From: Azolla caroliniana
Taxonomy: Eukaryota > Plantae > Polypodiophyta
Reading direction: 5' to 3'
Assembly (NCBI GenBank): GCA_043228905.1
Contig: JBHGNT010000115.1
Coordinates: 14,863 to 78,862, forward strand
DNA length: 64,000 nt
Each line of letters opens with the position of its first letter. Position 1 is the stretch's first letter. The position numbers and the translations under genes were made by a program. This document shows, one piece after another, positions 1 to 11,299 of this stretch. The notes beneath the pieces are model-generated. The model saw only the letters and a program-made list of their open reading frames with translations, had not been told where the DNA came from and made no database searches.

Positions 1-1835
1 ATGTCTTGTATCAAGATGGTAAACCAATAACATTTGAGAGTAAGAAACTTGATTCTACTCAATGTCGGTATACCGTTCAAGAAAAGGAATTATTTGCAGT
101 TATACATGCGCTCAAATCATGGCGCCATTATCTTTATGGAAATCACTTTGTGGTAACTACGGACCACGAGTCCTTGAAATATTTTTGTGACCAACAAGAC
201 CTGAAAGGTCATAAGGCACGATGGGCTGATCTCATCCAGGACTTTGATTTTTCCATACGATATCGTAAAGGTTCCATGAACACTGTCGCTGATGCACTAA
301 GTCGCATCCGTGAAGTTAACATGCTTAGCTTCATTGAAATAACATCAGATCTTTATGATCACCTTCGAGGAAAGTATCTTGATGACAATTATTTTGCAAA
401 ATACTGGGCAAGAGTTGAGTCTGGAACAAACACCACCACATCCTCGAAGGAATACTTCCACATTGCTAACGGTTTGCTCTACCGTAATGGGAAGGTTTGT
501 GTTCCAGATTTACTCGAGGTCAAAAAGAGGATTCTTTTTGAATGCTATGATGCACCCTCAGCAGGGCACCCTGGAATACATCGTACACTCGTTCTCATCT
601 CCACTCAATTTTATTGGCCTAAGATGCGTCCTGACATACATAGCTATGTGACTAAATGTCACCAGTGTCAGGTTAACAAAGCCGAGCGACTTAAAGCCGC
701 AGGACTTTTACATCCCTTGGACATTCCCAATAATAAGTGGGAAAGTATATCCATGGATTTTATTGTTAGCCTTCCTCGCACCCAAAAAGGTCATGATGCC
801 ATCTGGGTTGTCGTTGATCGACTAACTAAAATGGCCAGATTTATTGCTACTAAAACCACGGTAACAGCTCCTGAATTGGCTTACCAATTCGTTGACGAAT
901 TGTTTCGTTTTTATGGGTTACCGATGGATATCGTGGGTGATCGAGATCCAAAGTTTACTAGTGACTTCTAGACCCAAGTCTTTAAGAAGTTAGAAACTAC
1001 GTTGAGCATGAGCTCCACGGATCATCCTCAATCCGATGGACAGACAGAACGAGTAAATCAAATTATTGAGGACATGCTTCGAGCATACGTTGGTGCAAAA
1101 CCAACAAAATGGGAACGTTATCTCCCAATTTTGGAGTTTACTTATAACAGCTCCAAGCATACGACGATGGGATATAGTCCTTTTATGTTGATGTATGGTT
1201 TTCAGCCACGAGCCCCGATTGATGTTAATATACATCATGATGAGTTGCGAAGTACGCAAAACTTTCTTCGGGATATGCAAGATATGTTGCATATTGCACG
1301 AGATAATATAAAAACAGCTCAAGATAGAGCGCGTTTTTATGCCGATCATCATAGGCAACCTCGTGTATTCAACCCTGGACAGAAGGTATTTTTACGTGTA
1401 CCTCACAATTCTAAGACATTGTCTACGGGTAAGTGCGCTAAGTTAGCCCCACGGTTTTGTGGACCTTTTACAGTCCTCAAACGCATTGGGTCATCAACCT
1501 ATCGTCTCGCTCTTCCCGATGGTGTCGGAATTCATCTAGTCTTTCATGTGAGTCGTCTAAAAGAACTTCTAGGTTTTGGCAACAATACAGTTACAACTGA
1601 AACTCTGGTTACTTCTGAAGAATTATCTTCTAAACCACATGTACCAGAAAGAATTCTCGATGTTAAAACAAAAAAATTACGTACTAAAGAAATCCGAGAA
1701 TTTAAAATAAAATGGATGGATAAATCAATAAAAGATGCCACATGGGAACGCAAAAATACTCTCAGAACTAATTTCCCTAACTTTCCATTGCAAGAGTGCA
1801 ATGTTTTAAAGAGGGGGAGTATGTTACGGGCATGA
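1..1835 (+). mobile_element. Ty3/gypsy chromovirus pol, 3' part (RNase H, integrase, chromodomain), one in-frame stop
   Basis: ORFs 6-971 and 1002-1835 are in the same frame, split by TAG at 969-971 (FTSDF* for the usual FTSxFW). Motifs: EKELFAV/TDHESL/VADALSR (RNase H), GHPG..CHQC zinc finger, SMDF..DRD..GQTERVN (DDE), KLAPRFCGPF (GPY/F), PERILD..KIKW..DATWE chromodomain. Confidence 0.95.
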
Positions 1836-2308
1836 CCATTTAATATCCTGTGGTGAGAATTTACCGTAGTATTCTATACACGTGGATAAGTGTGAGGGTT
1901 AAACGAGAGTGTAAAGAAGGGGAGGATTACTTTTAATCCTCGAGATTGAGACAACCCATTAGGTCAAGTGTGAACTTGCTTGGGGGCCTTGGGTATCGTT
2001 ATAAATAAGAGGCCTAGCTACCCTCATTTGATCATCTTTGGACTACATCGAGACTCTGCTCTTGTGGTGGGTCAACTCTTGTAGCGAGCGTGCCAGCACC
2101 AGGTACGACTCGACGCCACGGCGGTGGTATGGGACGCCGATCGAGGCTTGAGTCCGTCTCGATACCTTCGCTCGGGGGTGGTCGGGTGGATCGGCACCCT
2201 TCTTTCTCTTTCTCCTTTCTATCTATCATTTGTTTATCCTTATCTTAAGCTTACTTTAGTACTTAGATCTCTAATATAGCTTTCTTCTCAACGGCGTGTC
2301 TCAAGACA
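1822..2308 (+). mobile_element. 3' LTR of the chromovirus
   Basis: Polypurine tract AAAGAGGGGGAG just upstream (~1808-1819), then TGTTACG at 1822. TATAAATA at ~2000. Candidate CA end at 2303 or 2308; the right boundary is uncertain because the 5' LTR is outside the window. Confidence 0.75.
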
Positions 2309-2476
2309 TTTATTATGTCTCTCTTCTTTCGAGTCTAGATAGACTCTCTGAGGCAATATGCATGCCTTTTCCCTTTGAAGAATGTGGAATATCGTTTTTG
2401 CTCCTCGAGCAAGGCATGCCTAAGACAAATGTAGCTAGTTTTGGGTCTACATAGGTTATATGATCAGGATCAAAAT

Positions 2477-2479
<3 letters not shown>

Positions 2480-2515
<36 letters not shown>
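2480..2515. repeat. (TA)n microsatellite
   Basis: Direct reading. Confidence 0.95.
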
Positions 2516-2518
<3 letters not shown>

Positions 2519-2559
2519 TCTATCTATCCATTCTCCATGATGAATTGATGATGAAGAAG

Positions 2560-3720
2560 AAATTGATGACCCATATATGGATAACAATATTAACATACAT
2601 CTTGTTCCTTTCATGGTACAAAAGAGGCAACAAAAAGAAGCCCCCCATCTTGGAGTTGAAAATGAAACATGTCCATGAGATTTGTCAACTACTAGTGTTT
2701 TGATGATGGGTGCTCTTTGGTATTTAGCTCTGTGTAAAAGCTAGCAATAAGAGATCAAGAGTCCATTGTATGTAGATGTCTTCATTGGAGGGAGATCAAA
2801 GACCCAATTCCTCATTTTGATCATTGAGAGATGATCACTAGTGGAGTTTTGTCCTTTGAAGGCATGTCAATATGGCATGTATCAATGACATTGCAACGTC
2901 ATAACAAGTTTATCCTTGTAGCAAGGAGAAGTTTGTATTTTTCTCTCTCACAATGTCAAATGTGAGAGCCTAATTTTTTTATAATCAACGGGTAATCCTT
3001 ATAATTGATAAGTGTGAACTTGGCTAAAGTTAGGTAATCCTTATAACAAGCTTCAATTTTGCTCGGCCATTAGGAAAGGGTAGCTAAATTCCCTAGGTTG
3101 CCAATTGTGAACAAAATTCTTACATATGAATTTATGCAATAAAGAAAGAAACGAGTAGCTTAATCCAATCACATGTTTATAAGTATTCCGTGAAATTACT
3201 TGAAAATATTTCTCCTTTGACCTCCACCATTGGGATTTATCATGCTCCTTTGACCAATTTTGTCTAATAATAAGCGAGATGGAGATGACAAGCTAGAACC
3301 AGTTGAAGCTACCCCCATGGCACCAACATCTAAATGTTTAATAGTCTCTTTTATCCACCGTACTTGTTCTTAGCCAATAAGAACAAGGAGCACGATTCTC
3401 ACTCATTTAATTGATCTAAAGCTTTTTTAATCTCCCATCAATTAGTGGATGCCAACTTGCAAGTAAGCCGGTTAAAAGCAAAGAGAGCGTGAGAGGGAGA
3501 GAGTGATAGACAAACTATGTAGTTGATGCTTTGGTAAATGATTTTTTATGTTTCAATAAACTTCTCTTGGTAATCTTGAGAAGGGATCCATGCATGAGAG
3601 CAATTTGCCCTTGGGCATACAAATGAGATATTAATTGGAGGAAGTCTCCTATCATCTCGCAATGTATTTGGACTATATAGTATGGCAAGGATTCATGGTT
3701 GAAAAAGAGTTTATTGGGAT
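2560..3720 (+). pseudogene. Decayed PLS-class PPR-like sequence
   Basis: Broken motifs in expected order: FV..LKAC (2856-2867), L*QG, GN..IDKCE (~2990-3020), MQ*, PNxxxFISI-like, GKxIH-like (~3685). Confidence 0.45.
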
Positions 3721-3754
3721 TGAAAGTTTTGAATTGCCTTAATTATTTATTTTC

Positions 3755-4140
3755 GAAAAAAATATTCTTCATTAGTAGAATTCTACATACATGACGAAAT
3801 TATTAGACTAAAAACATTACAATAGCTCTAGCCATGATGACCTATGAGAACCACAAATAAGGGTAGTGAAAGACAAAAAAGGAATGATAGGAGACATCGT
3901 ATATTTATTGAAAAAAAAACGTCATCCTTTGTTCGAACGTGACCATGTCCTCCGGCTCCATTATGAATTGCCTAATTAAATTGATTAATTAGATGACTAT
4001 CAAGTTGAGGGGCAAGTTTGTGTATTGAAAGTCACAAACCCTTTTTTACCAAAAAATATTTTTTATTAGTAGAAATTCTACATACATCACAACGAAATGA
4101 TTAGTTTGACAACATTATAAAGGTTGTAGCCATGATAGGC
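3755..4140. repeat. Diverged local duplication (~90 bp; 3755-3845 and 4050-4140)
   Basis: Both copies read AAAAAATATT..ATTAGTAGAA.TTCTACATACAT..ACGAAAT.ATTAG..AACATTA..TAGCCATGAT. Confidence 0.7.
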
Positions 4141-4299
4141 CAATAAACAAAGCTCAAAGACTCAGAGTGGAAAACAAAAAAGAAATGCATGATTGGACTT
4201 CTATATGTAATGACCGTCTAATGAAACCCCTTTGAGTATGATTCATCCTAACCTTCTCTCCATTGAACGATGAACACATACTAGCCTTCGACTTAGCTG

Positions 4300-5300
4300 A
4301 CAATGTATGTGGACTACTTCAACACCTGCTTCAGCTACTACATTTGTCGACACCACAATTCCCATTGATGCCCAAGCAACTATTTTCTTCACCATATGTC
4401 GACTTAGCCTTATGCAGGCTTACCAAACGACTTTATATCCTCATTGAGATCTACATCAGAAAAAGTCCTTTCTAAATCTTCAAGGTCTTTCAGAAATTCC
4501 ATTTCAATCGAAACCTTTTCAAAAGATTGAATTTCATCTAATGCTTCTTTGGAGACTTGGTAGGAGAAATATCATTACAACTAGGCAAATGAAGCGCAAT
4601 ATCATTGCCCCCTACTTCTACAAGTCTCCAAGGTCGCATTTTTCTTGCTCTGTTTATCACATCCACACCATCACAGATCTGTAGAGGATTCATACTTTCA
4701 TTGATTTCTTCCAGACCGAACCTAGTATCTTGATCTTCATAATCTACATTCTCCACTCTTAGCCATGTCATGTACGCCTTAAAGTTTGTACAACATATTA
4801 TGGAACCCATTATATTGTAGTATTTGTTGTTGTCATCAACCAATAAGGATTTGCATTCCATTTTGTAACCTCTAAGATATTTTGTTGTGGATAAAGAGGG
4901 ATAAAATGGGAATCACATGGGGTGCATTGAACTATTTAGTAATCCAGAAATTCTTCACGAGGCTACAATATTGGACTTACATACCCATGTGATGGCTTAC
5001 AAAATTCCATTATTGCAATACATGTTTTCACACTCACAATTGTAAATATCTTTAGCCAGTATCTTCATTGAGAAAGAGGGTGTAACCAATGGGAGGAGAA
5101 CAATTAAGGATCATGGTGGCATTTACTTAATGCTCCACTTAAAACCTTGTTCTTCGTGTACTTGGCACTTGGGTGACTCATGGCACAAAACATCTTTATT
5201 TTTATGGGCATTGTCTTTGTTTCAAGGTCAAAGAGGTGGGAGATGCAATTTTTACTCAATCTTAGAGATTTTGGAATTTTATTCAAGAGTGGTAATTATT
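4300..5300 (-). mobile_element. Possible decayed LINE 3' (zf-RVT-like) fragment
   Basis: Minus-strand PIKIKMF resembles the zf-RVT PxKIKxFxW motif; otherwise highly degenerate. Confidence 0.3.
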
Positions 5301-5399
5301 ATGCATCTCTCCCAATCATAGGTTTATTTGGTAGTAAATAGCGAGTATAACATTAATGTAGGGTCCTTTACCTAGGGATTCAAATTTGTATATTGTGAT

Positions 5400-6066
5400 G
5401 AGTAAAATCTACCTAAAATTAGAAGAGAAACCATGGGATTGATTGATGTGTACAAGGTCAAACTTTGGTTTTACAAGTGACTAATAATATATTACCATAG
5501 ATCCACGAAGTCTCTTTGAAGTTATCTAAGGCTGAGCGAGAATGGAAAGTACATAACTTTGATGATGGATAATGACAAATCTTGAAATGTAGTTGACATT
5601 TTAAATTGCCGCTTATGGCAAACGTCCTTATTTGGAGAGTACTAAGTGGGGATTTACCTTTGGGAAGATAGTACTTAACATTCCATATTATGGACGATTA
5701 TTCTTAAGATCTAACAAGTTCGATCACATTGTTATTTGATGCAAAGACAATGGGTGGTTGCACAATTCACATTGCTCAACCGATATCATAGATGGAGATA
5801 TTGGGGATTGCATCATAATTGGGATATGCTCAATGAGTTTGTATTTGACTGTAAGCACGCAACCAACCATATCCATGAAAGTTAGAGCATCTATGCGGTT
5901 GTTTTGCTTACTGGAGCAAGTCAAGATTCTTTCTTTGATGGATTGTTCATCTCGCTTATTAGAGGTTTAACATGTCCCACCACTACCCCATGTAGTGGCG
6001 GCACTGCACAGTTGGGGTGCCATTGCAGTGTTTTTCACGCACATTTATCAATATAATTGTGTGTTT

Positions 6067-6070
<4 letters not shown>
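5400..6070 (+). pseudogene. Decayed PLS-class PPR-like sequence, paralogous to 34100-34385
   Basis: LIDVY (5439-5453), GKIV (~5663), GYAQ (5822-5833). About 280 bp of visible nucleotide similarity between 5790-6070 and 34100-34385. Confidence 0.5.
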
Positions 6071-6100
<30 letters not shown>

Positions 6101-6445
6101 GAGAGTCATGTAAAGTCAAGCCTAGATGTTTGTAGATCAGTTGGTACGGTTGTCCAACAAAGACTAGAGATCATGAGTGTAACCCTAGACCACACTGGTA
6201 TCTAATAAATCAAGAAAACATATGTAATGAAGAGGCGTGTAAAATAGAGCCAAGTATTGTGTTAGTAGTGCATATAAGAAGTTGCAATTTAGTGTAAGCT
6301 AAAATAGAAAAGAAAAGGGTCAAGGTCAAGGTCAAGGTCATGAAAAGTCTGATAATGACTTAGAAGCAAAACAAAGCCTGTCTTCCAATTACAGGGCCTA
6401 AGCGTCAGGAAACAGAAGAGACAGACACATACCTTCTCTCGACCT

Positions 6446-9156
6446 ATGGCTCTAACTTCTTCCTTCCGTTTCTTCGCCTTCTTCTCTATCCTGTGTTCGA
6501 TCCTGATCCATCTTTCTCGTGCTTCTGCTTCTGCTTCTGCTGAATCCACCGAGGTAAGACCCTTTTTTGTTTCTTCGCTTGCTACAGTGTTTTAAACGAG
6601 ATCGACCTATGTCTGCTATTATGAAGTTCTTTTTTTAATGTAACCCTAGATCTGATGGCACAGGAAAAGGATCTGTTACATTTGATACTGCATATTAGAC
6701 ACGAATGTATATTGACAGTTCTCATTATGTCCAGAAGGTTTGTACGATGCCAGAAGTATATATAAACTTTTTAATCACGTGTAAATCCAATATGAATTCC
6801 TTATAAAATAGGTACCGCTGAAGGAGTTCCTTGCAAAATAGGTACTGATTGTGCCAAATCATGTCAAAGTTTTTTGCCCATCGATTTGGAGAAAGATTGA
6901 TCGTCACCATTGTTCTCAATAGAAAATTTATATGCGAGCTTCTGCTAACATAAATGTGCCACTCTAATGAAAGGTTTTGACCCTATGTAATGAATTGCTT
7001 AATATGAACATTCTTCTAAATAGTTACTGGCATCTTCAATTCCAAGGATTTATCCTTTGAATCAAGAATGATTTAGCAATATTTTTCCTTTCACATGTAT
7101 ATTTTTGCAAATAGATGGCTTACCTTCAATTCTTAGACTCACCACTGAAAGTAGTTTTTTAAATACCTTTGATTCTGAATTGTGAACTTTGCAGAAAGAG
7201 AAAGATATTTTCACATTCCTATGCTTTCTCATGATTTTTGGCATATTCTCATGCCCTGAGATTTTTTATAATGATATATATATATATATATATATATAAA
7301 TACGAGATTTAAAGGAATGGGAGTGATCAAGGAGAGGGTAAGGGATCATAGATTCCCAATCCAGTGAAATCGATCGATATCACACTAGCTGCTACATAAA
7401 AACAGACATGCAGGTTAATTTTCTCGACTTCTGAGTGTCAAATGAGTAGCATATCCATAAGAAACAGCCTGGAGAAACTATATAGTGTTCAAACTATTGC
7501 ATATGTCTGAAATGTCTGAAAAACTTCTTTTGCTATATAAGTTCTAATTTTTGTTGTTTTTTCAGGTGACATTTGGGAGTACTATAAAGCTAATGCACGA
7601 GCGTACGAAATATAGGTTACATTCGCATGATGTGCCTTACGGATCAGGAAGTGGCCAACAATCAGTTACAGGATTTGGAGGAGTGCAAGACGCCAATAGT
7701 TATTGGGTAAGAAGACCCCATTATCTATGTATGTTTGGCTGTATGTTTGATGACCTTGTGAGGTATTAAATGGGCTTTGTTGCTTTCCAATCCTTTAGAA
7801 AGCTTTTTGAACTATGTTTGTAAATTTGCACTGCCAATTTGAATGTTAAAACAATAAACGTGCACATTGAATTATCAGAATTGTGAGTTTTGAAATACAA
7901 TTTTGACATGTTCTTCAATAGATTGTCAAACCAGAAGAGGGCTCTTCAGCACAGCAAGGAGATGCAATTCCCAATGGATCCATCATCAGGATGCAACACA
8001 CAAACACACGCAAATGGCTGCACAGTCATCTACACCAGTCTCCCATTTCTGGAAATTTTGAGGTTAGTTTCTTTTTTGGAATGTTACTTTCTTGTTTAGT
8101 GTTCTTAAACATGTACATAATGTTTGTCTTCTCATTTTTTTCAGGTGAGCTGTTTTGGGAGTGACGATCGAACTGATTCAGGAGATCTCTGGATGTAATT
8201 TATATGGCTCCTTGTCTACTCTTTGGATTTAACTGAACTATTTACCTATGTTTTTGTGAACCAAATATATGTACAAACGTGGGTGACACTGCTGCTTGTT
8301 TACCTTGTCCTTAACTAAAAACCACTTCTTACCCATTAGCATTGTCTTGTGAACTGAATGTCTGTATATATGCAGATGAGCTGTTTTAGGAGTAATGATT
8401 GAATTGATTAGGAGATCTCTGGATGTAATATGCATGGTTCCGTGTCTACGTTTTGAATTTAACTGAAATTATTTACCTATGCCTTTGTGAACTACATATG
8501 TGCATGAAGGTAGATAATGCAGCTGCTTAGTCACCTTTTACTTGAGTAAAATCGTGTTTTATTGATTAGCATTGCCTTTGTGAAATGAATATGTATGTCT
8601 CTGTCGATGATGTGGGGTGTACCATATGTAGTTTGATGGTTAGTGTAATGCAAATCTATTCTGAGTATTGTCTAACTGTGCCTGTAAAGCAGATTGGAGA
8701 TTGAAGGGAAGGGAAAAACCTGGATGAGAGATCAGAGAGTAAGATTTCGGCACATTGATACTGGTGTTTACCTCCACAGTCATGATAAAAAGTACCAAAG
8801 GATAGCTGGTGGTCAACAGGAGGTACAGTTTATACTGCTGCATGCTGAATGTTATGTCTTCTTTCTTCTCAGCAATTCTCACCATCAACCTTCAACTCAT
8901 TTTTAAAGTGAAGCTAAAGGAAAGCTTTATATTGTCATAGCCAACATGTTTATGCATACTCTATGTACTGTGTCATCTGCATGTTATTGATCTAAGGTGA
9001 AGCTGACTGAAAACTTTAAGTTTCATAGGAAACATGTTTATGCATACTTCATATTGTCATCTGCAGGTGTGTGGAGTCACAAAGAAGTCAGCTGATAACA
9101 TCTGGATTGCCGCTGAAGGAATTTATTTGCCAGCAAACAAGAATATGGTGGCATAA
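6446..9156 (+). CDS. SDF2: Stromal cell-derived factor 2-like ER protein (signal peptide + MIR domains), 6 exons, 219 aa
   Basis: Exons 6446-6553, 7566-7706, 7922-8062, 8145-8194, 8693-8822, 9067-9156; all GT-AG, 660 nt total. Motifs RLHSHDVPYGSGSGQQSVTG, KWLHSH, YLHSHDKKYQRIAGGQQEVCG, WIAAEGIYLP. Confidence 0.95.
8145..8605 (+). repeat. ~230-bp tandem duplication containing SDF2 exon 4; second copy is a pseudo-exon (8376-8424)
   Basis: Copy 2 reads CAG|ATGAGCTGTTTTAGGAGTAATGATTGA..GGAGATCTCTGGAT|GTAATA: in-frame TGA plus a 1-nt deletion. Confidence 0.9.
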
Positions 9157-9549
9157 CCATAGAAGAATTGTTTTCCTTGGGATCTTCTAAGTTAGAATCC
9201 CCAGTAAAGTATTTGTCAATTAGAAGGAGATTTAGTTAGTTTTGGGTGTTAATGAGTGTTTGATAATCATACACCATGTATGTGATGATTGTTTCTGGGG
9301 ACATTAAACTCATTGTGATTCATGGAAAAAATCAAGTAGATTTTCCAACTGTGTTTTTGCCTTGAATCATTTGTGGATAGGACATAAACCAAGTCTTGTC
9401 TGTCATCAGGAACAAAGCTTGGTCCTAGCAGTAGCGGCCTTCAGTTGAGCTTAAAAACTGACTGACCAAGAGTTTTGTTACATCTGTCAGGGAGAGCCAC
9501 CTTAAGGTAAAAATTGCCCAGTGATCTTCAAGAACTTATGTACTTGCCA

Positions 9550-10095
9550 ATTGTAGTACATTATGGTGGGCCATAGATTGATACCTATACCATCTCTCTC
9601 CCATCACATCAAGAGTATGATAATCCACCAACTTTGTGTAATGGTGTAACATCAGAATCTCTTGGGATGATCCATCTATGTCATATCTCTTACAAATGTA
9701 GTACGTGAAGGAGGCTATAGATGGATACCTATGTCATAGCTCTCTATCAAGTCAAGAGTACAGAACTGTGTATGTTATGTAAAGATCTCTCGGGAATATC
9801 TCTGTGTCCTCTCCTATTACTTCAAGAGTGTGATGAACAACCATGTATGTCACATACGTTATCTCTTGGGATAATCCATCTACGTGGTGTATCTCTTACA
9901 AATGTAGTACATTAAGGAGGCTCTTGATGGATACCTATGTCATAGAACTCCATCAAGTCGAGAGTACGATGATCAATGAACATTGTATGCTATGTAAAGA
10001 TCTGTTGGGAAGACCTATCTTTGCCATCTCTTCTATCACTTCAAGAGTGTGATTATCAATCAACTATGCATGTCTCATAATGTAAGATCTTTTGG
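9550..10095. repeat. Diverged tandem array, ~205-220-bp units with internal subrepeats
   Basis: Recurring ATCTCTTGGGAT.ATCCATCTA..ATCTCTTACAAATGTAGTAC..GATGGATACCTATGTCATAG..CAAGAGT at ~9657 and ~9861, partial at 9552 and ~10085. Confidence 0.85.
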
Positions 10096-10950
10096 GAGTG
10101 CATGGTAATAGACATTCTTTGCTAGTTGTGAGAATGTGTGGAAGAGAAGAAACTTGGCTAAATACAAACAACAATATTTGTAGAGTCACATGAGTCCAAG
10201 TCCTATATAGCCATTGTGTTACAGAACTCGAATAGTGTCCCTAGATTTCACTTTATAGTTATTGACTAGTTGAGGCTCATATCAACTAAGAATGCTTGAA
10301 TCATCTTTTCATTATGGATCACAAAGTATACAACAATAACATGTTTATAGCCACTTAGAGGTTACTAGTAAACATCTTTTACCTTTATAAGTTAATACAA
10401 AAATATGTATAATAGAGATTTGTCCTTTTCACAAGTTACACTATTACATAGAGATGACAAACAGTGCATGCTACAATTAGAATTCTTTAACCTAGAAAAG
10501 TGTATGCAATATTACCTTGGGAGTTACATGATCATCTTGACACAAAAACATTTATTACTTGAATTTCGTCACCCGGTTTCATGGCTAACAATTAGTTTCT
10601 TCACATTAGAGATCATTGCTAAGATTAGGTAGATGTGTACTCTTTTGTGGGCAAGGCAGGCAAAGAGTGGGTGTCAATCTACCGTCAAGCGTAGTAATAA
10701 ACTTCTTAGTTTCTATTAGTGAACTCTTATTCTTAACATCTAATGAAAACACTTAATATGGTAATATGTTAATAGACTTTTCATAAATGTTAATTCGTCT
10801 TAAAACTAAGACTATGAATACATTAAGAAAATACAAAAGAGATATTACCATGAGGAATGTAACCATGTTTTTACATTCCTCAAACATAAAAAAACACACT
10901 TCAACAATCTTGAAGAGATTACGATTGGGAACGCGGAGAGATTATAGAAT

Positions 10951-10953
<3 letters not shown>

Positions 10954-10984
<31 letters not shown>
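10954..10984. repeat. (GA)n microsatellite
   Basis: Direct reading. Confidence 0.9.
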
Positions 10985-10987
<3 letters not shown>

Positions 10988-11299
10988 AGTATTAACATCT
11001 TCTAAGACCAAAATTTCCCCATGAGAGCACTGGTTTACAAAAAAATGAGATGTGTACTCAAGTCATCAAAAATAAAAATAAAAAAAAACTTAGATAAAAG
11101 AGTTTTAGTATTGTACAAAAGGTGTTATGATGTAACATGTTCTATAAAGGAAATGGCTATGTGCTAGCACTAGATTCATTTCCATCCAAGTCTCTTGAAA
11201 ATGAACGGGAGTTCAAAGGATTTCGATGTGGGTGTGGCCTATGGTTCCAATGTAAAAGGTACCCCGACCATAGCTTCTAGACAGTGTAACTCACATTCC

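Noticed and set aside
990-1358. Antisense ORF within gypsy pol
   Set aside because: Shadow ORF of the integrase coding region.
6200-6445. ERSE/UPRE element in the SDF2 promoter
   Set aside because: A CCAAT is present (~6385) but there is no correctly spaced CACG or TGACGTGG.
9400-9530. Weak inverted similarity to 39700-39840 (possible SINE-like dispersed repeat)
   Set aside because: Too short and diverged to support by eye; needs an alignment.
9550-10095. Repeat array considered as CRISPR-like
   Set aside because: The units are long and diverged with no unique spacers, there are no cas genes, and the context is eukaryotic.
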